From positions 1,656 through 65,655 of the IMG/VR virus record IMGVR_UViG_3300030617_000007: 64,000 nt of DNA. The stretch is one strand, 5' to 3'. Source of the DNA: a virus. This document shows, piece by piece, positions 19,001 to 28,700 of this stretch; position 1 is the stretch's first letter, and the number at the start of each line of letters is the position of its first letter. The notes beneath the pieces were generated by a model. The model made no database searches, was not told the origin of the DNA, and was given only the letters and a program-made list of their open reading frames with translations. The translations under genes were made by a program, and so were the position numbers.

Positions 19001-19575
19001 GTCGCAGAGGCGATTCGACCATTACCGGCTGCTCGGTTCTCTTTGTACTGCGCCTCGATCTGCTTGAGGGGCTGCATGATGATGTTCTCAGCCGCCTTGT
19101 AAAGCGGGTGATCTTTATCTGACATGCCCATGTTGACGAGCTTGGAAGCTTCTTCAGCCGCCGTTGCCCAGTCACCAGTCTGCGCCGCCGCTACCGCTTT
19201 GTGGTAGTAGTCGATGGGACGCGTGACTACCGACCCAAGGGTACTAGCTACGCCTTCTACGGCAGGTTTGATAGCACCTTCATTGAGGCGGTTTAGATTG
19301 TGGTTGACAAAGGTAGCTGCCGTACCGAGTGCGGAGCTGCCGAGTAAAGTATTATCCGGCTGAGACGTCGCTGGTGTAGAAGTGTCCGCAGCCTGAGTAG
19401 CTTGTGGAGCTGCTACGATGCTGCTACCGTCAGGAGGAGGGGGAATGGAGCCCGGCTGTGTATCGCCGGGCTGGGTGTCTGCGCTCGGAGCGGTGCTAGG
19501 ATTTGCTGCGGCCACGATATTGCTGCCATCGGGCGGCGGTGGAATTGCACCGTTCATTGCGTTTGGATCAGCCAT
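16003..19575 (-). CDS. Large internal virion (ejection) protein with C-terminal HExxH motif
   Basis: 1190 aa, A/G/Q-rich, in the ejection-protein position after the tail genes; GHELTHVWQ near the C-terminus. Confidence 0.6.
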   Translation of the reverse strand: MADPNAMNGAIPPPPDGSNIVAAANPSTAPSADTQPGDTQPGSIPPPPDGSSIVAAPQATQAADTSTPATSQPDNTLLGSSALGTAATFVNHNLNRLNEGAIKPAVEGVASTLGSVVTRPIDYYHKAVAAAQTGDWATAAEEASKLVNMGMSDKDHPLYKAAENIIMQPLKQIEAQYKENRAAGNGRIASATNIPNIIQGGKDVLNNASNDIGKGDYKGAAADVVSPVLGSHAVGAIPLVGGAIQNIAPTIDQDIRKGDWGAVSGDAEAIAANILPFLKGGKAAEAGEAADVPGGGGGGAGEGIPPAPDEAVAPEGPSGPGGGGPTDQSSLTRAAQTREELNQVSQSAPSAEQTQNALQGKVQQAFQPQLDANNALNETANRNIDATAQSQVATAQAEQAQHEFNQIEAEREVDKEAALSPGDESITAAAKKVADDSNEATHDKYQAASDKMLNESKGASVDYENGAIHKVVQDKLGTVKGEGPLTKAVSDDLPGSARANKTLNNLSKIIGPEEVDAEGVVKDAEGNELTPEQYQEQLSAHGIETDPETEIQGTDMMDQPAQKTQVTMADVMKMYKKIGERQRSTGWVTSEDLADQGIYRDLKKAAIETIGQIAEKTGNPDLINTAEQMNSDYRTEIRKFENPAVKALRGGKLSDVDAYLTGKQSSPGNIAAMKETLGSHWPDFQTASLRRLIADSVNPDGSINYKGAVSKLARLKADVRTDMYGDGGSSIMNALNRAASSADLAEEAGGRVQAAQDAAAQAKAGVGKTVSGRSADINKQISDIIGNGDITELVKDPARRTGLQEAVGPNGMEQLTDMAIQQKVAEFSNATNKQGQLVKGAFNAEKFMNWYQEFANHPEAADALFKPTPEAAARYDKLIHDTQNVASVQKLVENGVIPLALGTAGGLVAGPWGILIGGLLRGGDAAQALKTGSSAAEWLANHPATWKGVELAGKVADAVKASPKGQAAAAKAATLKSTLSNTMSSLGGKPKKLTALTGDGSDITSTAPVLPPEVQAATNDLPVQTVKGAAINDPNNRGGGVPIANVDQGAGNNTIEVNRPQDYGAPQQGHELTHVWQNNLPPSVQAKIPDDASGTAAFDISDADKLRAQGKTLTDLPREKQATIVQKYIEDPKKNANLKPWINDMTRTALSGTMPTSPNATRLNTATRPPGPPDASVAGAYPKEAAKKKK

Positions 19576-19590
19576 TATGTTCCCTTTGCT

Positions 19591-22524
19591 TTATTGCTTT
19601 GGTGGAGCGGGTTGTCCGGTCTTCACGTCGACCCACTGCTTGCCGTCCCAACCGAATGCGCCGCTTGAGCTCATTTGTGTAAAGGTTGGAAGCTTAGGTG
19701 CCGGAGCTGATGCTGTCTGACCGTTGGTCTGACCTGACATCTGCTGATTACCAGCCTGTCCGCCGTTAGTCTGTTTGATGTTGTCGAGCTGACCGCGACC
19801 GTACCATGTACCGTACTTACTGGCATTCTCACGCTGCTGAGCTGCTGCGTCGAAGTCCTGACCATCGTGAGCATCGCGGTATGCCTTGTGGGCTTGCGGT
19901 GTCATTAAGTCTTGGATCGGTGTCTTTGAGGATGGCATCACGTTTGCGAGACGACCGTCGACAGAGCTGTACTTCGCTGTCAGAAGGTCCATAGCCGTCT
20001 TTGCCATCTCCGCCTGCTTGCTCGGAGTAGCTGCGAACCAGCCACCGTTGCCATGACCGAACATCTCCTTCGCATCTTCCTTGTCCTTGTCGGTCAGGGA
20101 AGCTCCACCATTCTTGTACGCTGCTTCAACTTCTGATGCAGAGCGCGTGATGGCTTGGTTGTACAGGTTGACGTTCGCTTTGTGCTCTGGTGTTCCATAG
20201 TTGCTCTCGAAAGAGTTCAACAGAGGATTCGTCGCACGGTAGCCTTCCTTCGTCACAGTGTTGTAGAAATCGCCCAAGTGCTGAATAGCGGTATTGGCCG
20301 CGTCGAGTGGTTTGGTCGACTGTAAACTCTTCTGTGTATCGTAGTAATTGTTCGCGGTCGCCTGATCGTAGTGCGGGAAGGCGGCGCGGACTTCTGCTGC
20401 TAGGTCGATGGTCTGCTGACGTGACAGACCCATTGTCGTGACTTTCTGCGCGCCTTCTGCGATTGCTCGGAGAAGATCGGCGTGAGCTTGACCTTGAGTG
20501 TTTACCACGGATGCGAGATAGTTCTGACGAATGCCGCTACCATCAGGCTGTTCGTTGGCTGATTCGCCGATAAGCTGCTGCTGGTGCGCAGTATCCGCGT
20601 CGGTCTTCGCTTTGATTCGAGCTGCCTCTTGTTTGTATGCCGTGTCTGACTTGATCTGCTCTTCCTGCTGATCCTGAGTAACCTTTTGTGCAGTCTTTGC
20701 CTGGGCCTGCTCTTGGGTCGTTATCAAATCCATCTTGCGAATCTGATTCGTGCCACCATAGAGAGCGAGAATCTTACCGGCTGATGTTGGGTCTTTGGTA
20801 CCAAGGGCACCAACAGCCTTTTCGTAGTTGTCACTCGAAGCATTCAAAAACGGCTGGAACTTTTGCAAAGCATCCAGCAATGTGGGATCGGCCTTTACAG
20901 CCGCCTTCAAGTCCGGTGCCTGTACAGGGTTCTCGGTGGGGATGGGAGCAGTAACTCCAGCAGCCTTACGTGCGTCCGCTGCGTACTGTGTCGCGTCGTT
21001 CTTATCGTACTTCGTGAAGAAGTCTTCAGGCGACATGTTTGGATTGCGCGAATAGTCAAGCTGCAACTGGTTAAGCAGTGCGGCGTGACCCTCATCGGGC
21101 GAATCGTATACGCGGAACCCAGTCTGTCCGGCAGGAAGGTTTACGTTGTCGATCTTACCTGTCCATGACTTGTCTGCTACGAGGTTGCCTGGGTTATTGT
21201 TTCGTGCGTTGCGATCCGTTGGCTTGCTACCTTCGTGCTGGGCGATGAAGTCGGCCAACTTGTCGAAGTTAGGCTTGCCGTCGCTATCCTGTCCGAAGAG
21301 ACTGAACACGGACTTAGGGCTAGCAGTTGTGCCGTCACCATTGTCGCCATGCGCGTCGTGAGTGTTCAGCTTATCGTAGAAGTCATTCAGGTTCGACTGG
21401 CTGAGCTGATACGTTGCAAGCTTGGACTTGATACCGAGACCCATCGACATGTTCATCAAAAGGTCTTGAGGAAGCTTTGTCGGTTTGCCGTCGCCATCGG
21501 AGAAGCCTGCCATACCGAGGTCCGCTGCAAGCTTCTTGTCAGCATCGGTCAAGAGGCCGCTGGACTTGAAGTTCGGATCAACAATCGCGTACTGAATGTC
21601 CCACTGTGGCTTGCCGTTTGAATCCACGGTCTGCTCACCGGCATGAGGTGCGCCGGGCGGATTAACTCGTGCGACGACGCGATACGGAATCGCGCTGTCT
21701 TGGGTGACATGATACTTGGCGAGGTCGCTGCCGTTGACGACACCCTTGATGACCTCTGGGTGGTCCTTCATTAACTGCTCGACTTGTGGGGCAAACTGTC
21801 CGACGTAGTTAGTATTCGTGTTGTAGTCGGCGCGTCCCGCTGCCTGCGCATTATTGTACAGCTTCATGTTGGTTTCGAGAACCTGGGCATGACGCTGGAA
21901 ATCCTGATTGGCCTGCTGATCCTGCTGCTGATTCTTCTGTTGGACTGCCTGGGCCTGCTGCATCCCAAACTGACCGCCAGCCGCAGCCGCGCGCCCAAGG
22001 TTACCTGGGCCGTTCTGTACACCAAAGCCAGCCAATGCTCCGCCAAGTGCTTCGAAGGCAAGCGCAAGACCGAGCTGCTTGGTTGTAACCGGCTGTTTGG
22101 TACGAGTCGCCACGCCAGTATTCGGGTCGATGGTCGTCTTGTACTGAGCTCCACCAGTCAGTGCTTCAGCGAAGGAGCTAAAGCGCGAAGCCTGCTGAAT
22201 CTTTGGATCAACAGGCTGAGACGCTGGGTTACCAGCCGTACCACTTGCATTCTCCACAGACTGCTTGAGGTTGGGTTGACCGGGCTGCTGGCCGTTAGGT
22301 TGCTGGGCCTGATCTTGCTGAGACGGACCTGCTGGCTGCGTCGGACCGTTGCCCTGATCCGGGGTTGTAGCAGAGGCATCGGGCGTGGACGTACCGTTGT
22401 CGGTAGAATTGCCTGACATCGGAGTGGTACCGGTGCTAGAAGTGTCGGCACCGTTTACCTGTGAGTCTGGTGTAACATCCGATCCGATAGGAGCCGCGCT
22501 GCTATTTGAAGTATCTTCTGCCAT
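19591..22524 (-). CDS. Internal virion (ejection) protein with lysozyme-like domain
   Basis: 977 aa; IAQHEG...RNNNPGNL...GFRVYDSPDEGHAAL. Confidence 0.6.
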   Translation of the reverse strand: MAEDTSNSSAAPIGSDVTPDSQVNGADTSSTGTTPMSGNSTDNGTSTPDASATTPDQGNGPTQPAGPSQQDQAQQPNGQQPGQPNLKQSVENASGTAGNPASQPVDPKIQQASRFSSFAEALTGGAQYKTTIDPNTGVATRTKQPVTTKQLGLALAFEALGGALAGFGVQNGPGNLGRAAAAGGQFGMQQAQAVQQKNQQQDQQANQDFQRHAQVLETNMKLYNNAQAAGRADYNTNTNYVGQFAPQVEQLMKDHPEVIKGVVNGSDLAKYHVTQDSAIPYRVVARVNPPGAPHAGEQTVDSNGKPQWDIQYAIVDPNFKSSGLLTDADKKLAADLGMAGFSDGDGKPTKLPQDLLMNMSMGLGIKSKLATYQLSQSNLNDFYDKLNTHDAHGDNGDGTTASPKSVFSLFGQDSDGKPNFDKLADFIAQHEGSKPTDRNARNNNPGNLVADKSWTGKIDNVNLPAGQTGFRVYDSPDEGHAALLNQLQLDYSRNPNMSPEDFFTKYDKNDATQYAADARKAAGVTAPIPTENPVQAPDLKAAVKADPTLLDALQKFQPFLNASSDNYEKAVGALGTKDPTSAGKILALYGGTNQIRKMDLITTQEQAQAKTAQKVTQDQQEEQIKSDTAYKQEAARIKAKTDADTAHQQQLIGESANEQPDGSGIRQNYLASVVNTQGQAHADLLRAIAEGAQKVTTMGLSRQQTIDLAAEVRAAFPHYDQATANNYYDTQKSLQSTKPLDAANTAIQHLGDFYNTVTKEGYRATNPLLNSFESNYGTPEHKANVNLYNQAITRSASEVEAAYKNGGASLTDKDKEDAKEMFGHGNGGWFAATPSKQAEMAKTAMDLLTAKYSSVDGRLANVMPSSKTPIQDLMTPQAHKAYRDAHDGQDFDAAAQQRENASKYGTWYGRGQLDNIKQTNGGQAGNQQMSGQTNGQTASAPAPKLPTFTQMSSSGAFGWDGKQWVDVKTGQPAPPKQ

Positions 22525-22532
22525 GATTTCCT

Positions 22533-23354
22533 TTATCCGATGCCGTTACTAAAGTCCATTGCGGCTGAACTGCTGCCTGTATTCGCACTACTCGCGCCTG
22601 CATTAGGGCTAGAAGCTCCCCCACTACCCGTTAGGGCACTTAGTCCGCCAGATGCAAATGCACCGCCGACCGCGCCTAGCGCACCTGTTACGCCTTGCAC
22701 CCACGAGTTGTTCTGGGTTGCGATCTGATTGGCTGTATTTGCCGAAGCAGTACCGGCATTTGTCTCCGCGTTGTTAGCTGAAGTCGAGGAGTTGAAACTA
22801 TTTGTCGCGTTTAGAAGGCCACTCGTAGCCGCATTGTAGTTTGCGTTCCCTTGCGCGTAATCGTTCGTGTTGATCGTATTGAGTTGGCTGGCCGTATTCT
22901 GAGCCGCGCTATTCGCCACGCTAAGATCGATGCCAGTATTAGTACCACTCTGAAGTGCCGCATTGTTACCACCGCCTTCGGAGGCTTCTGCTTCACCGGC
23001 AGCTTGCTTGGCGTTACGTGCTGCAATGCCTGAATTGGTAATGGCCGCTGAGTCAAGATTGGACTTCTCTGCCGCGCTGTAGCCTTGCTGGGATGGTCCG
23101 GCCTCAATTGTTGGGGCGAACGTCGACATCAGGTCATTGAAGACCTGGTTGTCTGCACCGAATACTTGTCCGGCCTGCTGGTTGACCTGTGTGGCGAAAC
23201 CTGCCTGCTGCGTCTGTGCAGCATTTTGTGCTGAGGTCGCCCCACACGCAAGATCTAGTGGTCCATAGTAACCATCATAGCACAGGGAGTTGTCTTTGTC
23301 AACAACAAAATTAGGGCCGTCGAGTTTGAAGCTAATTCTTGTCCATATTCTCAT
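22533..23354 (-). CDS. Small internal virion/DNA-pilot-like protein
   Basis: N-terminal ...LACG followed by A/N/S-rich body and G-rich hydrophobic C-terminus. Confidence 0.5.
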   Translation of the reverse strand: MRIWTRISFKLDGPNFVVDKDNSLCYDGYYGPLDLACGATSAQNAAQTQQAGFATQVNQQAGQVFGADNQVFNDLMSTFAPTIEAGPSQQGYSAAEKSNLDSAAITNSGIAARNAKQAAGEAEASEGGGNNAALQSGTNTGIDLSVANSAAQNTASQLNTINTNDYAQGNANYNAATSGLLNATNSFNSSTSANNAETNAGTASANTANQIATQNNSWVQGVTGALGAVGGAFASGGLSALTGSGGASSPNAGASSANTGSSSAAMDFSNGIG

Positions 23355-23355
23355 T

Positions 23356-23745
23356 TTATGCGATCATCCGACGAAGTTCATGCCCTGACACTGCTGTAAA
23401 TCCTAAACGCTTCTCACAAAACTTTTTGAGGAAGTCATTCGACGTGACACACACAATCTCAGTGAAGCCAAATGATCTGGCTTTTTCAACTAGCTCTGGA
23501 AATCCTTGTATCATAGCCGCCATGTTGCGTTTGGCATCATGATTTGAAACATATTGGATATCAAGCCGAAGGGCTTTTGAACCCCTAAGAAAGAAGACCG
23601 GGCCACGCTCGTCCTCGTAGACGTTGCAAACCGATCCGATCTCTGTGAAGAACTCGGGTTCCGTTCCTTGATGGTGCTCATCTGCGGCCAGCGAAAGCGC
23701 CAGGGTCGGCATATCGTCCGGCTCTAAAGGTCGGTAAGTAATCAT
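23356..23745 (-). CDS. GNAT-like protein in P22 gp14-like position
   Basis: ITYRPLEPDD...KFCEKRLGFT; lies between the tail and ejection genes. Confidence 0.5.
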   Translation of the reverse strand: MITYRPLEPDDMPTLALSLAADEHHQGTEPEFFTEIGSVCNVYEDERGPVFFLRGSKALRLDIQYVSNHDAKRNMAAMIQGFPELVEKARSFGFTEIVCVTSNDFLKKFCEKRLGFTAVSGHELRRMIA

Positions 23746-23752
23746 GTATTCC

Positions 23753-24541
23753 TTATATAAACTTCACAAACGCTTGGAACACCTCAGTGGACATGGTATT
23801 TGGCCCATTCCATTGGAGTTCTAAAACCAAGGGTGTAGTGGTATCGGAGGTAGTGGATGTATTGACGGCGCTTACAATCTGGCTAACGGCGCTTGCTGTA
23901 TCTACTTGCAAAGGTGTAATTACAAAGGTCTGTGAGTTTGTGACGCCAGGTAAATTGACAATCCTAGCGCCACCGAAAGCTTGTTCAGAGGCACCAACGA
24001 GTCCGTTCCACCCTAGCACGTTCCCGTCAAACACAATCTGCCACGAATTTGTAGTAAATGTCCCGCTCAAACCTATAGCACTAAAATCAAATTCAATGCC
24101 CTTGCCTGGTGGTATAGTGTTTGCAGGTATGGTGTAAGTGATCATGGTCTGAAACGTACTGTTACCTGTCACCGCACCCTGCGGACCCCACGACTGTATG
24201 ATGGTACTCGCGCCAGTTGGTGTCGGCGCATTGATAGTGACGGTACCACCTGATTCAGTCAGGGTTATGTTGGTTCCTTCAGCCAAGTTGAGAAGAGTCT
24301 GGGAAGAGTTATCTGTGCCGTTTGTTTGCAATTCAATTGAGCTGATTACTACCGAGCGATTGACCCAGTTGTTAACTGTTTCATCATACACTAAAAAGTC
24401 GCCGTCGTCAAGTCCCGAAAAAGCGAGGGGGATTCCTTCGAGTCCGGTGACTGAAACGGTAGGACTCCCTGCGACAGACTGAATGTCGCCAGTCAAAGGA
24501 TAAATGCTTGCTCCACCACCACCTACGATCTCTCGATTCAT
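23753..24541 (-). CDS. Tail fibre/appendage-like structural protein
   Basis: LTGDI...LEGIP, GDFLVYD...NWVN repeats typical of fibres; S/T/G-rich. Confidence 0.5.
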   Translation of the reverse strand: MNREIVGGGGASIYPLTGDIQSVAGSPTVSVTGLEGIPLAFSGLDDGDFLVYDETVNNWVNRSVVISSIELQTNGTDNSSQTLLNLAEGTNITLTESGGTVTINAPTPTGASTIIQSWGPQGAVTGNSTFQTMITYTIPANTIPPGKGIEFDFSAIGLSGTFTTNSWQIVFDGNVLGWNGLVGASEQAFGGARIVNLPGVTNSQTFVITPLQVDTASAVSQIVSAVNTSTTSDTTTPLVLELQWNGPNTMSTEVFQAFVKFI

Positions 24542-24545
24542 TATT

Positions 24546-25265
24546 CTAGCTCGTTTCTAAGGGTACATACTGCAACGTCACAGTAATCGCCGCGACCGCA
24601 CCGGACAAGTTCGTGACCGTCACGTACGCCATAGGCTTCTGTGGGTTGTCGCCATTCGCACCAATACGGTTCTGAAAGTTCCATGCATAAGGTACGGTAT
24701 CCATGGCAACGTCGGTGATAATGTTTTGCGTCGAGCCTGCCGGAGGGGGAACGTCAATCGCACGACTGAGGTCTGCCGTCTGCGAGAACGCTGTCCCGTA
24801 AATCTCCACGCGCGCTTGTGTGCTTGCCGTCAGACTGAGAAGCTGGAAGCTCTCAGTAGTCACAGCAAACGCACCGGTAAAGGTTGCGCCGGGTCCGAGT
24901 GGGGTTGTGGTGACCGATACCTGCTTAGCGGCGAGTTGCACCGGGGCCGGGTTCGATCCGCTGCTCTGGGTTATTACGCTGGATACGACCGCGTTACCGC
25001 CGCCTCCACCTCCATTTATACCAGAAGTCACGGCAGAAAGCAAGCGCGTTTGTGGCACAGATGAAGAATAAAATTGACGGAGAGAATCTGGGGTCGCTTG
25101 GAAGATTGGCGGGAGAGGACAGCGAATCGCCGAGTTGTACCCCGGCTGCATGTCGTTGGTCTGAGATGCAGGCGGGGTATAACGTTGCGGTACGGCTGCG
25201 GTTCCTGCTTGTATAGGAGAGTATCCACTGAGATCGACGTTACTGGCTTCTGATAGGGTTGGCAC
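24546..25265 (-). CDS. Structural protein (tail-associated)
   Basis: Position in the tail cluster; S/T/P-rich. Confidence 0.45.
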   Translation of the reverse strand: MPTLSEASNVDLSGYSPIQAGTAAVPQRYTPPASQTNDMQPGYNSAIRCPLPPIFQATPDSLRQFYSSSVPQTRLLSAVTSGINGGGGGGNAVVSSVITQSSGSNPAPVQLAAKQVSVTTTPLGPGATFTGAFAVTTESFQLLSLTASTQARVEIYGTAFSQTADLSRAIDVPPPAGSTQNIITDVAMDTVPYAWNFQNRIGANGDNPQKPMAYVTVTNLSGAVAAITVTLQYVPLETS

Positions 25266-25698
25266 GTCTTAGGTACTCCGATGCTCGGTCGACTATCACA
25301 GGATCATCTTTCAGGTTACCAATAGCTGAGTTGCATCCTTTGCAAAGGAGGCCGCGTACCTTACCGGTAAGATGGTCGTGATCGACATGCGGTACGCCAA
25401 AGGGCTCTAGGCATATCGCGCACTTATTGTCTTGCTCCGTAAGCATTGCATCATGACGTTCAATAGTCAGATCGTAACGCAGCTTCAGGTGCGATTTTTT
25501 CTTTGATACAGGATTTTGTGGCTTACGTTTATGACTACGAGCCCAATCTCTGCGTTGTTTGTTATACAACTCTCGGTTTTCTTTTGCCCACTTCTGAAGT
25601 CTGAGCTTTGCGCAAGCCCTACACACCCTACCCCCGTTCTTTCGGAGTAGGGTGTTTTCAGGAGAGAACTCATGTCCACGACTGCAATGGGTTATCAT
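25240..25698 (-). CDS. Endonuclease VII-family homing endonuclease
   Basis: THCSRGHEFSPENT...CRAC; CAIC...HVDHDHLTGKVRGLLCKGCNSAIG. Confidence 0.88.
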   Translation of the reverse strand: MITHCSRGHEFSPENTLLRKNGGRVCRACAKLRLQKWAKENRELYNKQRRDWARSHKRKPQNPVSKKKSHLKLRYDLTIERHDAMLTEQDNKCAICLEPFGVPHVDHDHLTGKVRGLLCKGCNSAIGNLKDDPVIVDRASEYLRRANPIRSQ

Positions 25699-25706
25699 TG
25701 GGTTTT

Positions 25707-25715
25707 ATTATATCA
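25707..25715 (-). promoter_or_regulatory. Extended -10 promoter for the EndoVII gene
   Basis: TGATATAAT, where TGA is the stop of the upstream tail gene; ATG 8 nt downstream. Confidence 0.55.
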
Positions 25716-28700
25716 ATTTTCTTGATAAAAAGCACCAAAAACCGTCAGCGTAAGCAACTCATTTTGAGCTGCCTCGGTCGCCCAAATTACCTTCATTTGC
25801 ATGTGACGGCAAACTGCACCCGAGTCGATGTCTGCCAGATAGAATCGCTGGCTAGGTATCGAGCGGGATCGTCCCAGGGTCGGTGGGTCAGGGACATTCT
25901 CTTTCAAGATGTCGAACGTTCCGGTGTAGTATGGAAGGGCTTCATCCATAAGTACACCGAGTGTCAGCGGCGTTCCGAACGGTGCACTGTCGGTGACGAT
26001 ATAGCTGACAACCGCGACTTGGCCGGGCTGCGCTAAGACGGCTGAACCGATCACAGCGTTAGCCGGATAGCTCACCCCATTGTCCTGCGAGGCGTTCAAA
26101 TCTCGATTCAAGATCGGGCCGGTACCGGTGGGACCAAGCAAGAGTCGGTGGACTCCAGGGGTCACTTCGATACTCGTCACTGCCTTGCATCCGCCTTGGA
26201 TCGTTGCGAACGGTGACCACGTGTAGCCGGACTCCGGTGAAGGAGTGGCCATCAAGCGGAACCAACCGTTGACACCATCTGAGACGTACCAAGCTTTATC
26301 TTCACCTTGGACATGCCATGTGACGTAGACATTAGCCGGGTTCCAGTTCTGACCAATGTTGCCACTAGTCTGACGGAGTTGATCGCCAATCGGGAAGCCT
26401 GCATCTGTGACACCCGCCGCTGGGTCGATGATGATGAACTCGTTGTCAGTGCTGAAGAAGCCAATGATCGAGCCATTGATATCGAGCGCGTCGTAGTTCA
26501 ACAGACCAATGCCTGTCATGATTGGGATCGCCGACTGGATCGGGCTCTGAGACGTTCCTGATCCTTGGATCAAGTATACGTCCGAAACGGTGAAGACCAT
26601 CAAGCCCGAGGTCGTCGGAACCATTCTCTTCACGAGTGAAGGAAAGGTATCGAAGTCGAGCGGAGACGTACCGTTTACGCCGTTGCCGATTGGTGTATCC
26701 GGTCCTGATGTCCAGTATACCGTATTTCCTATCGAGTAGAAGATACGGTTGAGATGGAAGGTCAGGTTGATCGCGCCGTTGGCCGGTGGGGTATTCTCTC
26801 CGCCGATAGGAGCTTCAATCAAGTTATTTAGGCCGGTGTCAGGTGTCGTGTCAGTATATCCGCTCGTGATGTACGTCGACAGCGGAATCGTGTAGACCGT
26901 GTTCGTGCCGGGGATGAGGAATGGTGTTGCTTCTCCATCAGTGGTACGAAAGATCGCCACGTAGTCTGCTTGTGGGTCGATGTCAGCGAGGTTACCCAGA
27001 CCGGAGGCCGGAGGGATCGTGACACTAGCAAAGCCGACATGATTTCCGGTCGCTATCGAGAGCTGGGTCGCGTTGCTTACTGTGTTGTCAAGCGTATTCA
27101 CGAGCGCGATTGCATATTGCCAACCGCCGTTGAACGTGCTCAAACTTCCAGCAGGAGGTTGCGTTGCAGCGCCCTGATTGATCCAGATCAGATTAGGATT
27201 GTCGAGCGTCAGGCCATTCAACGCCGTGGTGAATGTAGGGGCAGTCGTGCCGGTTGCGCCGGTACGGAATGGTCCCTCCGTGTAGCCGTTGGGGTCGATG
27301 ATGACGTTATTCGGAAGCGTGTAGTTAACGTTTGGAAGGAACGTGAAGTCCGTTACCGGACCCAGGTTGCTCCAAACGTATTGACCAGCCGACTCTGATA
27401 CTGTAGCGTAGTTCGGAGCGTTTGATGTAGTGAACGCTGGCCATACGGGTTCTGCTGTGCCAGTAGTCGCTGTGCCGAATGGGATTGTCTGTCCGTTAGC
27501 TGATAGGTTAAGTTGCTGGCCGGAATGGAACCAGTAAGCGTAGTCAATCTCGTAATGGTAAGTGCCAGCGGTCGGAAAGTTCAGGACGAATGAGTTCGTG
27601 GAGATACCACCAGCTTCGAAGCGATTGTTGTTACCACCGAATACTGGGTATCCCTGCACTGCCGTCTGCGTTGGATTCGTGCCGCCACCCGAGGGAGGGA
27701 TGTTTGGTCCAGAGACATACTGCGCGCCGTCGCCGATGCCCCACAGTACCGCATCGTGACTGACGAGGGTGAAGGCATATTGCCCGGCAACTGGGATATC
27801 AAAGCTGCCGAGAACGACCATCTGATAGTCATGGTCTGCACCTGTTGGGAAGGGTGTCGTGGTTCCTGTGACAACTCCTGCACCGTTTAGGTTATTCCAT
27901 GACTGAGTCGCACCGCTTCCTGTTGGGGTACCTGTCATCTGCAAGCTTGAAAGCGTTGTATAGCTTTCTGTAGCACTGCCAAGACTGGTGGGATACGTTA
28001 GGTAAACTACACCTGGGACCGATCCTTGAGGATAGATATAAGCGGCAATGTTCGAGTTGAACGCGAGTGATGATCCTGATGCAAGCTGAAAGAGACAGTT
28101 GGTACCGGTAGCCGTACCTATTACGAAGTGTCCGTTCGGATACGAGGTGTTTGGTTGCCATACCATTGACGACGCAAGCTGGATCAGCGTGAATACTGCG
28201 GTGCCAGAAGTCGTCGTAGCTCCTACAGTTGTCTGCCATGTCGGTGTTGAACCTGCTGTGAGTCCTGCTGTCGTTACTTGCTGGAGATTCCCGTTTGAGT
28301 CGATGAGGACGCCTGGGAGCGAGTAGTACGTGGAAGCCTGCCACGATACGCGCGACGAGCCAACGACCGGAGTAACGACTCCGGTAGGAGCAGCAATTCC
28401 CCAATTCTCCATAGGGTTGCCGCGATTAGTCCAAACAGAAGTACCATCGGTCGTGGTTCCTCCCTGAAAGTTATTGCCTACAGAAGGAACGGTTTCGTTC
28501 CAAGTTGGTTCAGTGCCGCCAGAAATACCTGCGGTAGTTAGCTGCTGAATGTTTCCTGCGGGATCAATCAAGAACGTGGTGAAGGTGGGCGTGCTGTTGT
28601 TAGTCCAGTTGAAACCAGCCTGCCATGTAGTGAGCGTCTGTACCCACTTCTTATTGTCGATACCGTTGCCGAAGTAAAGCGAGTTTCCTACCGACTGCAT

